64,000 bases of DNA from an uncultured Clostridia bacterium (GCA_963558405.1 CAUWGC010000008.1:1-64000); one strand, 5' to 3'; positions 1 to 11,030 are shown, counted from the first letter of the stretch. The notes: generated by a model not told the origin, from the sequence alone. Program-made: numbers and translations.

Positions 1-57
1 GATAAATGAAGATATATAGAGATAATCTATTCATTTATAGAGATAGGAGTGATATAT

Positions 58-1224
58 ATGAATGAAATTATTGCAAATAATATTTTAAATTTAGGTGTAA
101 ATAATAAAGAACAAAAAATATTTGAAGGACAATACAAACTAAAAAATGGGATGAATTATAATTCATATGTTATTAAAGATGAAAAAAATGTTATTTTAGA
201 TACTATTGATGAAACTGTAACTGAAGAATGGATTAAAAAAGTTATAGAAGTACTAGATGGAGAAAATCCTGATTATTTAGTTATTTCACACATGGAACCA
301 GATCATGCATACAATGTAGAAATGCTTGCTAAAAAATATCCTAATATGAAGCTTATTGGAAATCAGTTCACATTTAATATTCTTAATAACTTTTTTAATA
401 TGGATTTTTCACAAAGAAAAATTATTGTAACTGAAGGGGAAATATTAAACATTGGAAAGCATAAATTACAATTTTTAATGGCTCCAATGGTACATTGGCC
501 AGAGGTAATGATGACATATGAACAAACAGAAAAAATTTTATTTTCAGCAGATGCTTTTGGAAGATTTGGAATATTAAATGACAATGAAGCATGGGATGAA
601 GAAGCAAGAAGATATTATTTTGGTATTGTTGGTAAATATGGTATACAAGTACAAGCTGTATTAAAAAAACTTGCTAATCTGCAGGTACAAACAATTTGCC
701 CACTACATGGACCAGTATTAAAAGAAAATTTAGAATACTATATTAATAAATATAATATTTGGAGTAGTTATGAGCCAGAAGAAAAAGGAGTTTGTATAGC
801 ATGTAGTTCTATTTATGGAAATACATTAAAAGCAGCAAATAAAATGAAAGAGATTTTACAGGAAAAAGGAGTAAAAGATGTAATTATTGTTGACTTAACA
901 AAATGTGATTGGTCAGAAGCGGTATCAATGGCATTCAAGTATTCTAATTTAATATTGGCATCTTCTAGCTACAATGCTGGATTATTTCCACCAATGGAAC
1001 ACTTTTTAAAATATTTAAAAGATAGAAATTATCAAAAAAGAAAAATAGCTATAATAGAAAATGGTTCTTGGGCACCATCAGCTGGCAAATGTATTAATTT
1101 AATTTTACAAGAAATGAAAAATATTACTATAGTAGAACCTATTGTCACTATAAAATCTAGAATGAACAATGATAATATAGTTAAAATGCAAGATATAGCA
1201 AATGAAATATTAAAAGATAATTAG
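58..1224 (+). CDS. fprA: FprA-family A-type flavoprotein (metallo-beta-lactamase + flavodoxin)
   Basis: SHMEPDH, APMVHWPE, FSADAFG, PLHGP motifs and a C-terminal flavodoxin domain (SIYGNT); ATG at 58 follows GGAG. Confidence 0.9.
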   Translation: MNEIIANNILNLGVNNKEQKIFEGQYKLKNGMNYNSYVIKDEKNVILDTIDETVTEEWIKKVIEVLDGENPDYLVISHMEPDHAYNVEMLAKKYPNMKLIGNQFTFNILNNFFNMDFSQRKIIVTEGEILNIGKHKLQFLMAPMVHWPEVMMTYEQTEKILFSADAFGRFGILNDNEAWDEEARRYYFGIVGKYGIQVQAVLKKLANLQVQTICPLHGPVLKENLEYYINKYNIWSSYEPEEKGVCIACSSIYGNTLKAANKMKEILQEKGVKDVIIVDLTKCDWSEAVSMAFKYSNLILASSSYNAGLFPPMEHFLKYLKDRNYQKRKIAIIENGSWAPSAGKCINLILQEMKNITIVEPIVTIKSRMNNDNIVKMQDIANEILKDN

Positions 1225-1256
1225 AATTTGAATATAATAAAAGGGGCTGAAAATAT

Positions 1257-2045
1257 ATGAATAAATATATAAAAAATATTAAGGAAAAATATAAAGAAAC
1301 AAAGAAAACTTCATTACTTATATATTTAGTGCTAAGAATATTAGTTATAATATGTATGGTTTTACAAATAATAAGAGGAGATTGGAATAATGCTTTCTTA
1401 TGCTTACTTTCTTTACTATTATTTACAATACCTACCATTATAGAAAATAAATTTAAAATACAATTACCTACAGTATTAGAAAGTATTATATATCTATTTA
1501 TATTTTCAGCAGAAATTTTAGGAGAAATAAATAATTTTTATGGCATAATTTCATACTGGGATACTATACTTCATACATTAAATGGATTTTTAGCTGCTGG
1601 TATAGGTTTTTCACTAATTGATTTACTAAATAAGAATAGCAAAAATGTAAATTTATCACCATTTTTTGTTGCAATAGTTGCATTTTGTTTTTCAATGACA
1701 ATTGGTGTTTTATGGGAGTTCTTTGAATATGGAGCAGATACATATTTTAAATTAGATATGCAAAAAGATAGAATTGTATCTAGAATTTCATCAGTTGAAT
1801 TAGATGAAACAAGAAGTAATAAGTCTATAACAGTAGATAATATTAAATCAACAGAAATAAATACAACTGATGGAAAAATTGTTATAGAAGGCGGTTATTT
1901 AGATATTGGAATAAATGATACTATGAAAGATTTAATAGTTAACTTTATTGGAGCAATTACTTTTAGCTTTATAGGTTTTCTATATATAGTTAATAGAGAT
2001 AAATATGGATTTGCTAGTCATTTTATTCCAACAAAAAAAGAATAA
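1257..2045 (+). CDS. Integral membrane protein (DUF2238/YjdF-like)
   Basis: Several TM helices; WDTILHTLNG, IGVLWEFFEY, DTMKDLIVNFIGA motifs. Confidence 0.7.
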   Translation: MNKYIKNIKEKYKETKKTSLLIYLVLRILVIICMVLQIIRGDWNNAFLCLLSLLLFTIPTIIENKFKIQLPTVLESIIYLFIFSAEILGEINNFYGIISYWDTILHTLNGFLAAGIGFSLIDLLNKNSKNVNLSPFFVAIVAFCFSMTIGVLWEFFEYGADTYFKLDMQKDRIVSRISSVELDETRSNKSITVDNIKSTEINTTDGKIVIEGGYLDIGINDTMKDLIVNFIGAITFSFIGFLYIVNRDKYGFASHFIPTKKE

Positions 2046-2063
2046 AAAAGGTAAAATAAAAAT

Positions 2064-2618
2064 ATGAAAAATAAAATTAGATGTAAATGGTGCAATTTAA
2101 ATAATAATTTATATATAAAATATCATGATGAAGAATGGTGTAAGCCAAATTTTAATGAATCTTACTTATATGAGATGTTAATATTAGAATCATTTCAAGC
2201 AGGTCTTTCTTGGGAATGTGTATTAAACAAAAGGGAAGATTTTAGAAAAGCATTTGATGATTTTAATATAGATAAAATATGTAAATATGATAGCAATAAA
2301 ATACAAGAGTTATTGTTAAATGAAAAAATAATAAGAAATAAACTAAAAATAATGGCTACTATAAATAACAGTAAAATCTTTAAAGAAATACAAAATGAGC
2401 ATAAATCGTTTTATAATTATTTAAAAACATTTACAGATGATAAAATAATATACGAAATAGGAAAAACAACATCAAAACTATCTGATGTAATTTCTAAAGA
2501 TTTACAAAAAAGGGGAATGAAGTTTGTTGGTTCTACAATTATATATTCATATTTACAAGCAGTGGGTATAATATATTCACACGAAAAAGAATGTTTTTTG
2601 TATAAGGATAATTTTTAA
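2064..2618 (+). CDS. tag: DNA-3-methyladenine glycosylase I
   Basis: RCKWC, YHDEEW, LESFQAGLSW, IIRNKLKI, GMKFVGS motifs. Confidence 0.93.
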   Translation: MKNKIRCKWCNLNNNLYIKYHDEEWCKPNFNESYLYEMLILESFQAGLSWECVLNKREDFRKAFDDFNIDKICKYDSNKIQELLLNEKIIRNKLKIMATINNSKIFKEIQNEHKSFYNYLKTFTDDKIIYEIGKTTSKLSDVISKDLQKRGMKFVGSTIIYSYLQAVGIIYSHEKECFLYKDNF

Positions 2619-2677
2619 AATTAGTAAAAATTACATATTAATTGAATAATTTTATTTAATTTGAAAATAATAAAATT

Positions 2678-3628
2678 ATGAATAGATTATCTTTTATAAA
2701 AAAACCTGAATTATTCCAAGGTGAAAAATATTTAAATACAAATAAAAATTATTTTGAAGGATGGTATTTTAAAAATACCAATAATAAAAATGGAATTTCT
2801 TTTATTCCAGGGATAAATATTAATGAAAATAATAAAAAAGCATTTATACAAGTAATAACAGAAAATTCATCATATTTTGTGAATTATGATATAAATGATT
2901 TTGAATATAACTTTAATCCGTTTTATATAAAAGTAAAAAATAATATTTTCTCAAGAGATGGAATTAATATAGATATTTTTGATGAAATTCAAAATCTTAA
3001 AGTTAAAGGAAATATAAAGTACTTAAATACTAAAAATATAAAAGTTACCACCATAAGTCCAAACATAATGGGACCTTTTTCCTATATTCCATTTATGGAA
3101 TGTAATCATGCTATAATTAGTATGAAAAATAATACTAAAGGATTAATAAATATAAATAATAATCAAATAGATTTTAATAATGGAATTGGATATATAGAAA
3201 AAGATTGGGGATGTTCATTTCCTAAATCATATATTTGGTGTCAAGGAAATAATTTTGAAAATACAGAAGCTAGCTTTATGTTAGCTATAGCAACAATTCC
3301 TTTTAAAATATTTCAATTTAAAGGTGTAATATGTACATTAATTGTAAATAATAAAGAATATAAATTTACAACATATAATAATTCTAAATTAATAGAAAAT
3401 GAAGTAAATAATGAGTTTATAAATATAACTTTAAAAAAAGGTAATTATTATTTAAATGTAAAATCAACATATAATAATGGACTTAAGCTATTAGCACCAG
3501 TTAAAGGAAAAATGCAAAAAAATATTTTAGAAAATATATGCTCTAAGATTACAATAAATTTAAAATATAAAGATAAGTTAATATTTTCTGATACCAGCAA
3601 TAATTGTGGATTAGAAATTGTTAAATAA
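2678..3628 (+). CDS. Tocopherol cyclase family protein
   Basis: YFEGWYFK, IMGPFSYIPFMECNH, GYIEKDWGCSFP motifs. Confidence 0.85.
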   Translation: MNRLSFIKKPELFQGEKYLNTNKNYFEGWYFKNTNNKNGISFIPGININENNKKAFIQVITENSSYFVNYDINDFEYNFNPFYIKVKNNIFSRDGINIDIFDEIQNLKVKGNIKYLNTKNIKVTTISPNIMGPFSYIPFMECNHAIISMKNNTKGLININNNQIDFNNGIGYIEKDWGCSFPKSYIWCQGNNFENTEASFMLAIATIPFKIFQFKGVICTLIVNNKEYKFTTYNNSKLIENEVNNEFINITLKKGNYYLNVKSTYNNGLKLLAPVKGKMQKNILENICSKITINLKYKDKLIFSDTSNNCGLEIVK

Positions 3629-3767
3629 AAAATAAAGAAGAATGTACTGTAAATGTTCATTCTTTTTTTGATTTTAATTAAATATCAAAATACAATGGAA
3701 AATATTGTTAAATTTTTAAAAATATGCTAAACTTAGAATGATATTATAAAAAAAGGATGATTATATA

Positions 3768-4022
3768 ATGGTTGAAATAAAGTTTGATAAAAAAAGTAAT
3801 AAATCCAATGCATATTATAATGAAGTAAAAATTGGAGAATGTAGTTTTATAGAAATAGGAGATAATTGGAATATAATACATACAGAAGTTAGTGATAAAT
3901 ATCAAGGACAAGGAATTGCAAAAAAGTTAGTAGAAAATATTATAGAAAATGCAAAAATATATAACAAAAGAGTTATTGCAGATTGTTCTTATGCTAAAAA
4001 AATTATAGAAAACAAGAAATAG
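3768..4022 (+). CDS. Small GNAT acetyltransferase (YjdJ-like)
   Basis: IIHTEV..YQGQGIAKKLV and ADCSYA motifs. Confidence 0.85.
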   Translation: MVEIKFDKKSNKSNAYYNEVKIGECSFIEIGDNWNIIHTEVSDKYQGQGIAKKLVENIIENAKIYNKRVIADCSYAKKIIENKK

Positions 4023-4031
4023 GAGAATATA

Positions 4032-5621
4032 ATGGAGAAAATTAAAAATTTTATTCAAGAAAACTTATTTAATAATAAAATCATATGTAGCAAAGAGAAT
4101 AAAAATTTTTTTTTTATAACAATAATTGCTTCTATAATAGCGCATTTTCAATTATATGCATTAGAAATAACAGGACCAGATACTTTAATAAATAGTATGT
4201 ATCACCAAGCAGATATTTGGGAAGCTATGTTATTAAGATTTGGATTGGATTTTGTACAAGCAATAAAAGGAAATATTGTTTCTCCAATATTAACAACATT
4301 AATAAGTAGTATATTTTTAGGAATAACAGTAATTTTAGTAATAGACATATTAAAAATAGAAAATAAATATTTTAAATATATTACAGCAATTATATTTGTA
4401 GTAGCGCCAAACATATCGGCAACATTAACATTTTTTTATTGCTCAGATGCTTATATGCTAGGTTTATTATTATCAACCCTTGCAGTATTCATGATGAAAA
4501 AATATGAATACAAAAATTGGACAATACCAGTAAGTGCTCTATTTATGGCAATTGCTATGGGAATGTACCAAACGTATTTATCAGTAACAATGGTATTAAT
4601 TATATCTGTATTAATAATAGACATATTAAAAAATGAAGATAGAAAACAAATAATAAAAAAAATATGTAAATTTTTAATTATGGGAATATTAGGAATAATA
4701 TTATTTTATTTATTTGCAAACATAACTTTAATGGCTAAAAAGTTATCAATAAGTACATATAATGGTGCAAATGAAATAAACATACAAACAATATTAAATT
4801 TACCTAAATTATTACCAGAAGCATATAAAAGCTTTTTTAATTATTACTTTAATGATAATATAATACCTAACAAAATATGGAATACTAATATTTTATATAT
4901 TATTATATTTTCAATAATGCTAATATCAATATTATATAGTATTATTAAAAATAAAATATATAAAAAAACAGCAGATATAATATTACTAATAATATTTATT
5001 TTTACTGCACCAATATGTTTTGGAATAATAGAAATAATTGTATCAGAAGTAGATATACACATACTTATGGCATGCTCCATGATATATATTTTCCCAATAT
5101 TCTTTAAAATATTAGAAATAATTCCAAAAGGTTATGTTACAACTGTGTTTAAATATATTGTAACATTTTGCAGTTTAATAATTATTTGGAATTATTTGTG
5201 GCAAGATAATGCGTCATATATTGCTATAAAATCAAGGCAAAATCAAGCAGAAGCTACAGTTTTAAGATTAGCAACTAGAATTGAGGAGTTAGATGAATAT
5301 ACACCTAATATGCCTGTATTAATTTTAGGAGGATTTGAAAATAATTCATATTTTGATAAAAATAATACGTCTATCGAAGCAAAAAAAATATACAATAGAA
5401 CATGGGGATTTATATCAGATTTTCCAACAATTTGGTGGGGGAATTTAGATAGTTGGAGAAAAATGTTTTATGAATATTTGGGAATAAACATAAATTTAGT
5501 AAGTGAATTGGAGTGTCAAGAAATATTAAACACAGAAGAAGCTAAAAATATGGAAAAATATCCAGAAAAAAGCAGTATAAAAATAATAAATAATACTGTG
5601 GTTATAAAATTAAGTGAATAA
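4032..5621 (+). CDS. Membrane glucosyltransferase-domain protein (GtrII-like)
   Basis: Multi-TM N-terminal region with GMYQTYL motif and a soluble C-terminal domain ending MEKYPEKSSIKIINNTVVIKL. Confidence 0.7.
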   Translation: MEKIKNFIQENLFNNKIICSKENKNFFFITIIASIIAHFQLYALEITGPDTLINSMYHQADIWEAMLLRFGLDFVQAIKGNIVSPILTTLISSIFLGITVILVIDILKIENKYFKYITAIIFVVAPNISATLTFFYCSDAYMLGLLLSTLAVFMMKKYEYKNWTIPVSALFMAIAMGMYQTYLSVTMVLIISVLIIDILKNEDRKQIIKKICKFLIMGILGIILFYLFANITLMAKKLSISTYNGANEINIQTILNLPKLLPEAYKSFFNYYFNDNIIPNKIWNTNILYIIIFSIMLISILYSIIKNKIYKKTADIILLIIFIFTAPICFGIIEIIVSEVDIHILMACSMIYIFPIFFKILEIIPKGYVTTVFKYIVTFCSLIIIWNYLWQDNASYIAIKSRQNQAEATVLRLATRIEELDEYTPNMPVLILGGFENNSYFDKNNTSIEAKKIYNRTWGFISDFPTIWWGNLDSWRKMFYEYLGININLVSELECQEILNTEEAKNMEKYPEKSSIKIINNTVVIKLSE

Positions 5622-5632
5622 AGGAGTTAGTT

Positions 5633-6361
5633 ATGATATTTTATTTTTCAGGTACTGGTAATTCTGAGTGGGTTGCAAAACAAATTGCACAAAAAATTAA
5701 TGACGAGTTTTGTAATATTTCTAAATTAGATAAAATTCCAGAAATTGATAATGAGAAACAAATTGGTTTTGTTTTTCCTATTTATGCATGGGGAGTACCA
5801 GAAGTTATAGATACATTTGCTAAAAAATTAAAAGAAACAAAAACATTTACTTTTGGTATATGTACATGTGGAGCTAATGCGGGTATTGCATTAAAAAAAT
5901 TATCTAAAATATATCATCTTGATAGTAGTTATAGTATTGTTATGCCAAGTAATTATATAATTGGCGGAGACATAGAAAAAGAAGAAACAATTTTAGAAAA
6001 AATAGAAAATGCTAAAAAAGAATTAGATATAATTGCTAATGAGATTATTCAAAGAAAAAAAGTATATCATGTAAATGAAGGTAGCTTACCAAGATTTAAG
6101 TCTAATATTATAAATAAAGGGTTTAATAAATTTGCAAGAGATACAAAACCATTTTATGTGGATAATAAGAAATGTAATGGATGCGGACTATGTGCTAAAT
6201 TATGCCCAGCATCAACAATTACAATTATTGATAACAAACCAGTTTGGAATCAAAAATGTTATCAGTGTCTAAAATGTATTAACTATTGCCCTCAAAAAGC
6301 TATTCAATATGGTAAAGAAACTGAAAAAAGAGGAAGGTATAATATTGAAAAGTATATATAA
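5633..6361 (+). CDS. EFR1-family flavodoxin/4Fe-4S ferredoxin
   Basis: MIFYFSGTGNS flavodoxin start and two CxxCxxCxxxCP clusters. Confidence 0.9.
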   Translation: MIFYFSGTGNSEWVAKQIAQKINDEFCNISKLDKIPEIDNEKQIGFVFPIYAWGVPEVIDTFAKKLKETKTFTFGICTCGANAGIALKKLSKIYHLDSSYSIVMPSNYIIGGDIEKEETILEKIENAKKELDIIANEIIQRKKVYHVNEGSLPRFKSNIINKGFNKFARDTKPFYVDNKKCNGCGLCAKLCPASTITIIDNKPVWNQKCYQCLKCINYCPQKAIQYGKETEKRGRYNIEKYI

Positions 6362-6389
6362 TAAAAATAAATAAAGGCGGTTTAAAATA

Positions 6390-6927
6390 ATGAAGATAAG
6401 TGATTTAAATCAAGAATATGATAAGTTACAACAGAAATACGGAGCTAAAGAATTAAAGTCTATTTATAATGGAGGATGTACAAACAATCCAGATATTTGT
6501 TTTATATTTATGAACCCAACTGGTAAGAATATTGCATCAAATTTTAATTGGAAAGGTAGAAGAGCTCCATGGATATGGTGATGTGGAGCAACATAAGTAT
6601 TTCATAACCAATCTGGGAAAATGTACTCAAGTAGATGCAATAGTATTGCCAAATTCAGTTTACAGCCAATACCTTGAATTATTATCCAAAGAAATAGAAA
6701 TAATTAATCCAAAGATAATCATAACTTTTGGAAACCAAGTTAGCTCTATTGTATTAAATAGAAATATTTCAGTATCACAATGCAGAAAGCAAAGCTTTTT
6801 AATAAATATTGCAGAAAAAAGTTATAATGTATATCCAGTTTATTATCCTATTGGAAATGGAATGATGAATATAAATAAAGCAATAGATGACTTAAATTAC
6901 ATTATAAAAACAAATTTCAAAAGTTAA
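6390..6927 (+). pseudogene. Uracil-DNA glycosylase superfamily protein with an out-of-frame break, probably an internal deletion
   Basis: N-part (FMNPTGKN..APWI) and C-part (YFITNLGKC..EIEIINPKIIITFGNQ..YPVYYP) lie in different frames, joined near 6575; no CGG at the junction. Confidence 0.6.
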
Positions 6928-7009
6928 AAAATATAGGTAATTTTGAAAAATAAAAAACGAAATATGATATTGTAACATAAATTAGTAAGTTGTTGAGGAG
7001 ATTATTAAT

Positions 7010-7396
7010 ATGGAAAAAAGAATGAAAAAAGAAGAACTAATGCAATTAATTGAGAGTTTAAAACTAGATAAAAACGAATATTGGATTTTGTCTAGTGGAG
7101 CATTAGTTATACGTGGGTTATATCCAGATGCTGGTGACTTAGATATTGCAGTTACTGAAAAAGGTTTACAAGAATTAAAAAGAAATTATAATTTAAAGGA
7201 AAAAGGAAATGGTTGGTATACTGTAAATGATAAAATTGAATGTATTGTTGATACAAAAGAACCTTGTAAAATAGAAAAATATGGAGATTATAATTTACAG
7301 AGTATTAAAACGTACTATGATTTTTTAAAAGAAAGTAATAGAGAAAAGGATAAAGTAAGAATACCAATAATTGAAAAATATATGAAAAGTAGATAA
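7010..7396 (+). CDS. Hypothetical protein, nucleotidyltransferase-like
   Basis: SSGALVIRG..GDLDIAV motif; RBS GAGGAG. Confidence 0.6.
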   Translation: MEKRMKKEELMQLIESLKLDKNEYWILSSGALVIRGLYPDAGDLDIAVTEKGLQELKRNYNLKEKGNGWYTVNDKIECIVDTKEPCKIEKYGDYNLQSIKTYYDFLKESNREKDKVRIPIIEKYMKSR

Positions 7397-7425
7397 ATAG
7401 ATTATAGCAACAAAGTACAATTTCT

Positions 7426-7457
7426 AAATTACTTTATACGAATGTATAGAGTAATTT
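7426..7457. repeat. 32-bp hairpin, copy 1
   Basis: AAATTACTTTATAC-gaat-GTATAGAGTAATTT; arms identical to the copy at 8314. Confidence 0.75.
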
Positions 7458-7473
7458 GGAGGGGAAAGTAATT

Positions 7474-7656
7474 ATGAAAAGAAAATATTTAATAATGTTA
7501 ATAGTTTTGATATTACTAGTTGTTATTATATTCTTGGGTTATAACATTTATAATTACATTAACTATGTACCTAGAATAGATTCAGTCGAAGAAGTTAATA
7601 TCACAGGAAATGAAATTCCAGAAGACTCTTCGCAAACAATTAATCTTATTTTATAA
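7474..7656 (+). CDS. Small membrane-anchored protein, possibly truncated
   Basis: GGAGGGG RBS; basic N-terminus followed by one TM helix. Confidence 0.5.
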   Translation: MKRKYLIMLIVLILLVVIIFLGYNIYNYINYVPRIDSVEEVNITGNEIPEDSSQTINLIL

Positions 7657-7777
7657 TATTTAAATATAAGTAAGAAATAACTATTTTATATGGAAAAATT
7701 TAAAATGTTAATAATCATTGCTTGTAGCAACGTACAGTTCTTTATATAATATTTGTAAAGAAAGGAGTTGTTGTAAA

Positions 7778-8287
7778 ATGTTAAAAGAAAACATTAAATT
7801 AATAAGAAAATCAAAAGGACTTTCACAAGAAGAACTTGCTATAAAATTAAATGTGGTCAGACAAACAATTTCTAAATGGGAACAAGGTTTGTCAGTACCT
7901 GATGCAGAAATGTTAATCTCAATATCAGAAGCCCTTGAAACACCTGTAAGCACATTACTGGGAGAAAATATTTCTGAGTCTAAAGTAGATGATTTAAAAG
8001 CAATTTCTGAAAAATTAGAAATAATAAACTTACAATTATCACAAAGAAAAAATGAGAGAAGAAAAATGGTTCATTGGTTACTAATTTCTTTATGTATAAT
8101 TATAATAATTATTTTTATATCTTTAGTTTTATTAAATAGTCCATACTTAAACTGGGATTATAGTAATCCAGAAAATGCCGTTTTAGGAGTTGCTTTTCAT
8201 TCTTTTGAATGGTTGTTTATTAGAATAGTACCGATTATTTTTATTGGATTAATCATTGGAATTTTCTTGACTAGAAAGAAAGAGTAA
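7778..8287 (+). CDS. XRE-family HTH regulator with C-terminal TM helices
   Basis: LSQEELAIKLNVVRQTISKWEQGLSVPD; AAAGGAG RBS before ATG 7778. Confidence 0.9.
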   Translation: MLKENIKLIRKSKGLSQEELAIKLNVVRQTISKWEQGLSVPDAEMLISISEALETPVSTLLGENISESKVDDLKAISEKLEIINLQLSQRKNERRKMVHWLLISLCIIIIIIFISLVLLNSPYLNWDYSNPENAVLGVAFHSFEWLFIRIVPIIFIGLIIGIFLTRKKE

Positions 8288-8313
8288 AACTTTTTAGAAA
8301 GTATTTAGATTGA

Positions 8314-8345
8314 AAATTACTTTATACAAAAGTATAGAGTAATTT
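8314..8345. repeat. 32-bp hairpin, copy 2 (terminator-like)
   Basis: AAATTACTTTATAC-aaaa-GTATAGAGTAATTT followed by T-rich sequence. Confidence 0.75.
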
Positions 8346-8416
8346 TTATTTTTATGATATTATAAATTTAAAGTGAGACTATGTATAAAAAATAATTATT
8401 AATTATAGGAGTATTT

Positions 8417-8935
8417 ATGGAAAAAATATGTATAATTGGAGGATGTGGAACTGGTAAAACAACGCTTGCAGAAAACTTAGGAAAAGAATTAAAATTGCCA
8501 GTATACCATATTGATGCTATACATCATTTAAATGACTGGAAAATTAGAGATAAAGAAGAACGAGACAAAATAATAACTGAAATAGTTAATAGAGAAAAGT
8601 GGATTATAGATGGCACGTATCGTTCTACATTACAACAACGCCTTATTAAATCTGATTTTATAATTTATTTAGATTATTCTTCCATTGCACAAATAAAAGG
8701 AATATTGGGAAGATTTATAAAAAATCATGGACAAGAGAAAAAAGATATACCTGGTTGTAAAGAACAAATGACTTGGAAATTTTTTTGGTTTACAGTTAAT
8801 TGGAGAAAAAATAAAAGAAAAGAAATAATTGATAAAATAAACAAAGTTGATAAAAATAAAATATATATATTTAAAAATAGAAGACAACTAAATAGATGGT
8901 ATAAAAAACAATTTAATAAAAAAATAGATGTTTAA
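8417..8935 (+). CDS. FlaR/topology-modulation-like P-loop kinase
   Basis: IIGGCGTGKTTLA Walker A; WIIDGTY motif. Confidence 0.85.
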   Translation: MEKICIIGGCGTGKTTLAENLGKELKLPVYHIDAIHHLNDWKIRDKEERDKIITEIVNREKWIIDGTYRSTLQQRLIKSDFIIYLDYSSIAQIKGILGRFIKNHGQEKKDIPGCKEQMTWKFFWFTVNWRKNKRKEIIDKINKVDKNKIYIFKNRRQLNRWYKKQFNKKIDV

Positions 8936-8980
8936 ATAAAGCATATAACTTCACTAAAATGTAAATGAGGAGCAACATAC

Positions 8981-9367
8981 ATGAATGAAAATTGGGTTAA
9001 AATATTGGAAACAATAAAAGATGATGAAATTTTAAAATTTATAGATAAAAAATTTAATGAAAAAAATATTAAATATAAAATTGACTTAAAAGAAAGTTGG
9101 GAAGGTAGTATAAGGACACCTAAATATATTGGAAAGTTTGTAGTATATGTATCAGATGAATTTAAAAATGAAGCGGAAAAAATTTTGGATAAATATTATG
9201 AAAAAAATAAAAATGAAATAATAAATATAAATACATATGAAATTGATGACGATACAGAAATGGAGAGTAAAAAAAGAAATAAAAAACAGAAAATAGCAAT
9301 TAAAATATATCTAACTATTGTAGTATTAATGGTTATAAGTATAATAATTGCAGGATTAGTATTTTAA
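8981..9367 (+). CDS. Hypothetical protein with C-terminal TM helix
   Basis: GAGGAG RBS; hydrophobic C-terminus. Confidence 0.6.
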   Translation: MNENWVKILETIKDDEILKFIDKKFNEKNIKYKIDLKESWEGSIRTPKYIGKFVVYVSDEFKNEAEKILDKYYEKNKNEIININTYEIDDDTEMESKKRNKKQKIAIKIYLTIVVLMVISIIIAGLVF

Positions 9368-9454
9368 GATTAATAAAGTAAAGTATAACTTTTTTCATAA
9401 AAATATTCTTGATAAAATATTTTAACTGTAATATAATGAAAAAAACATAAGATT

Positions 9455-10504
9455 ATGGAGGAACAAGTGAAGTTAGAAAAGAAATTAGCAAAACTTGGTA
9501 TAGAAATAATTAGAGAATTTACGCCAAGTGAAGTAAACTATATTGCTAAAGAAGTAACAGATGCATTAGTTATAAATTTTTCCATATTAAAAGAAAGAAC
9601 TAACGAAATCCTAACACAGTTATTAAGTTGTAAAATGTATTTTACCAATATAAATAAAAATTCTAATATTTCAAGTGTAAATTACATCTACGAAAATAAC
9701 GCAATCTATTTTGGAAATAATGTAAATTTTAATAAAATAGATGATGTTATTATTCATGAATGTATTCATTATCTGCAAGATAATAGAACAGATAGAGGAA
9801 AGCTTAAAAAAATAGGCCTATGTAGTTTTAAAGAGTTTTCTACTTATGGAATGGGAATAAACGAAGCAGCAGTACAATATATATCATCAAAAGCTGCTGG
9901 AAGAAGTTTAGAAATAACAAAAAAAAATGGAATAATTTTAAAAACGATTAGTCCAAATTATTATCCTTTTTTAACAAATTTGATATACCAAATAATTTAT
10001 CTTTTAGGAGAAGAAATTATTGTGGATGGAGTAATAACATCAAAGCAAGATTTTGATGATACTTTTTTAAATACCTTTGAAGAAAAATCTAATGCAATAA
10101 AAAAAGGTTTTGATCAAATTATTGATTTAAGAAATAAGTCAAATATAAAAACAGAAAATAAAGAACTAATAAGTAAACAAATAACAGACATTTATTTGGA
10201 ATTACAAAATATAATATTTAAAACATATTTTGATAAAATATGTTCTAGGATAAATACAATAGATGAAGTAAATTTTTATACTGATAAAATTATAAATTTT
10301 AAGCAATTAATGGGAACATCAGAAGAAAAGGAATTTGAGTTGAATTGTGAATATGAACAGTATAAGCAAAACATACTAAATAAATTTGATAGAAAAGTGG
10401 TAGAAATAAATAAAAGAACTAGTAAAAATGCACTAACAGTAATATATAACAATAATAGATTATTAAGATTTTTAAAACAAATAAAATCTTACTTTACTAC
10501 ATAA
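9455..10504 (+). CDS. Hypothetical protein with HExxH zincin-like motif
   Basis: IIHECIHYLQ followed by GINEAAVQY, a candidate third ligand. Confidence 0.6.
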   Translation: MEEQVKLEKKLAKLGIEIIREFTPSEVNYIAKEVTDALVINFSILKERTNEILTQLLSCKMYFTNINKNSNISSVNYIYENNAIYFGNNVNFNKIDDVIIHECIHYLQDNRTDRGKLKKIGLCSFKEFSTYGMGINEAAVQYISSKAAGRSLEITKKNGIILKTISPNYYPFLTNLIYQIIYLLGEEIIVDGVITSKQDFDDTFLNTFEEKSNAIKKGFDQIIDLRNKSNIKTENKELISKQITDIYLELQNIIFKTYFDKICSRINTIDEVNFYTDKIINFKQLMGTSEEKEFELNCEYEQYKQNILNKFDRKVVEINKRTSKNALTVIYNNNRLLRFLKQIKSYFTT

Positions 10505-10519
10505 TTGTAAAATAAGATT

Positions 10520-10894
10520 TTATAGAAATATTTTTATCAAATTTAATATTAATGTTGATATTGCAACTTTTACACTCATACGAATAGTTTTAAATATAGT
10601 ATTTTTAACAATAGATAAATTGTAATCTTTACGGACAGTTAAAGCTAAGCAATTAGTTTCAACTGTTTTTTCTTCATCTTCGGTTTGATTAATAGGTAAA
10701 TCAGGCACATCTATATTTTTATTATATTCAATTTCATTAGGAAATTCATAATTATTACTGTTTAAATCAAAATCTTTAACTTCGGTATTTAAATTGATTT
10801 GCTCTTGTTCATTTAAATTATAATTATCTTGTGTATTTTGATTTTCAGTAATTAATCCGTTTTTATTAATTACCATAAATCTTATTCCTTTCAT
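10520..10894 (-). CDS. Hypothetical acidic protein
   Basis: 124-aa ORF filling the gap between two + strand genes. Confidence 0.5.
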   Translation of the reverse strand: MKGIRFMVINKNGLITENQNTQDNYNLNEQEQINLNTEVKDFDLNSNNYEFPNEIEYNKNIDVPDLPINQTEDEEKTVETNCLALTVRKDYNLSIVKNTIFKTIRMSVKVAISTLILNLIKIFL

Positions 10895-11030
10895 ATTATT
10901 AAATAAAGTATAGCATTAAAATAAAATTAAGTAAATAAAAAAATTAAATTTTTATACTATAATATAGATATTGTTTTTTTTTATAAAAAATGGTAAACTT
11001 AACATTGTAAATGATATTAGGAGAGGGAAA

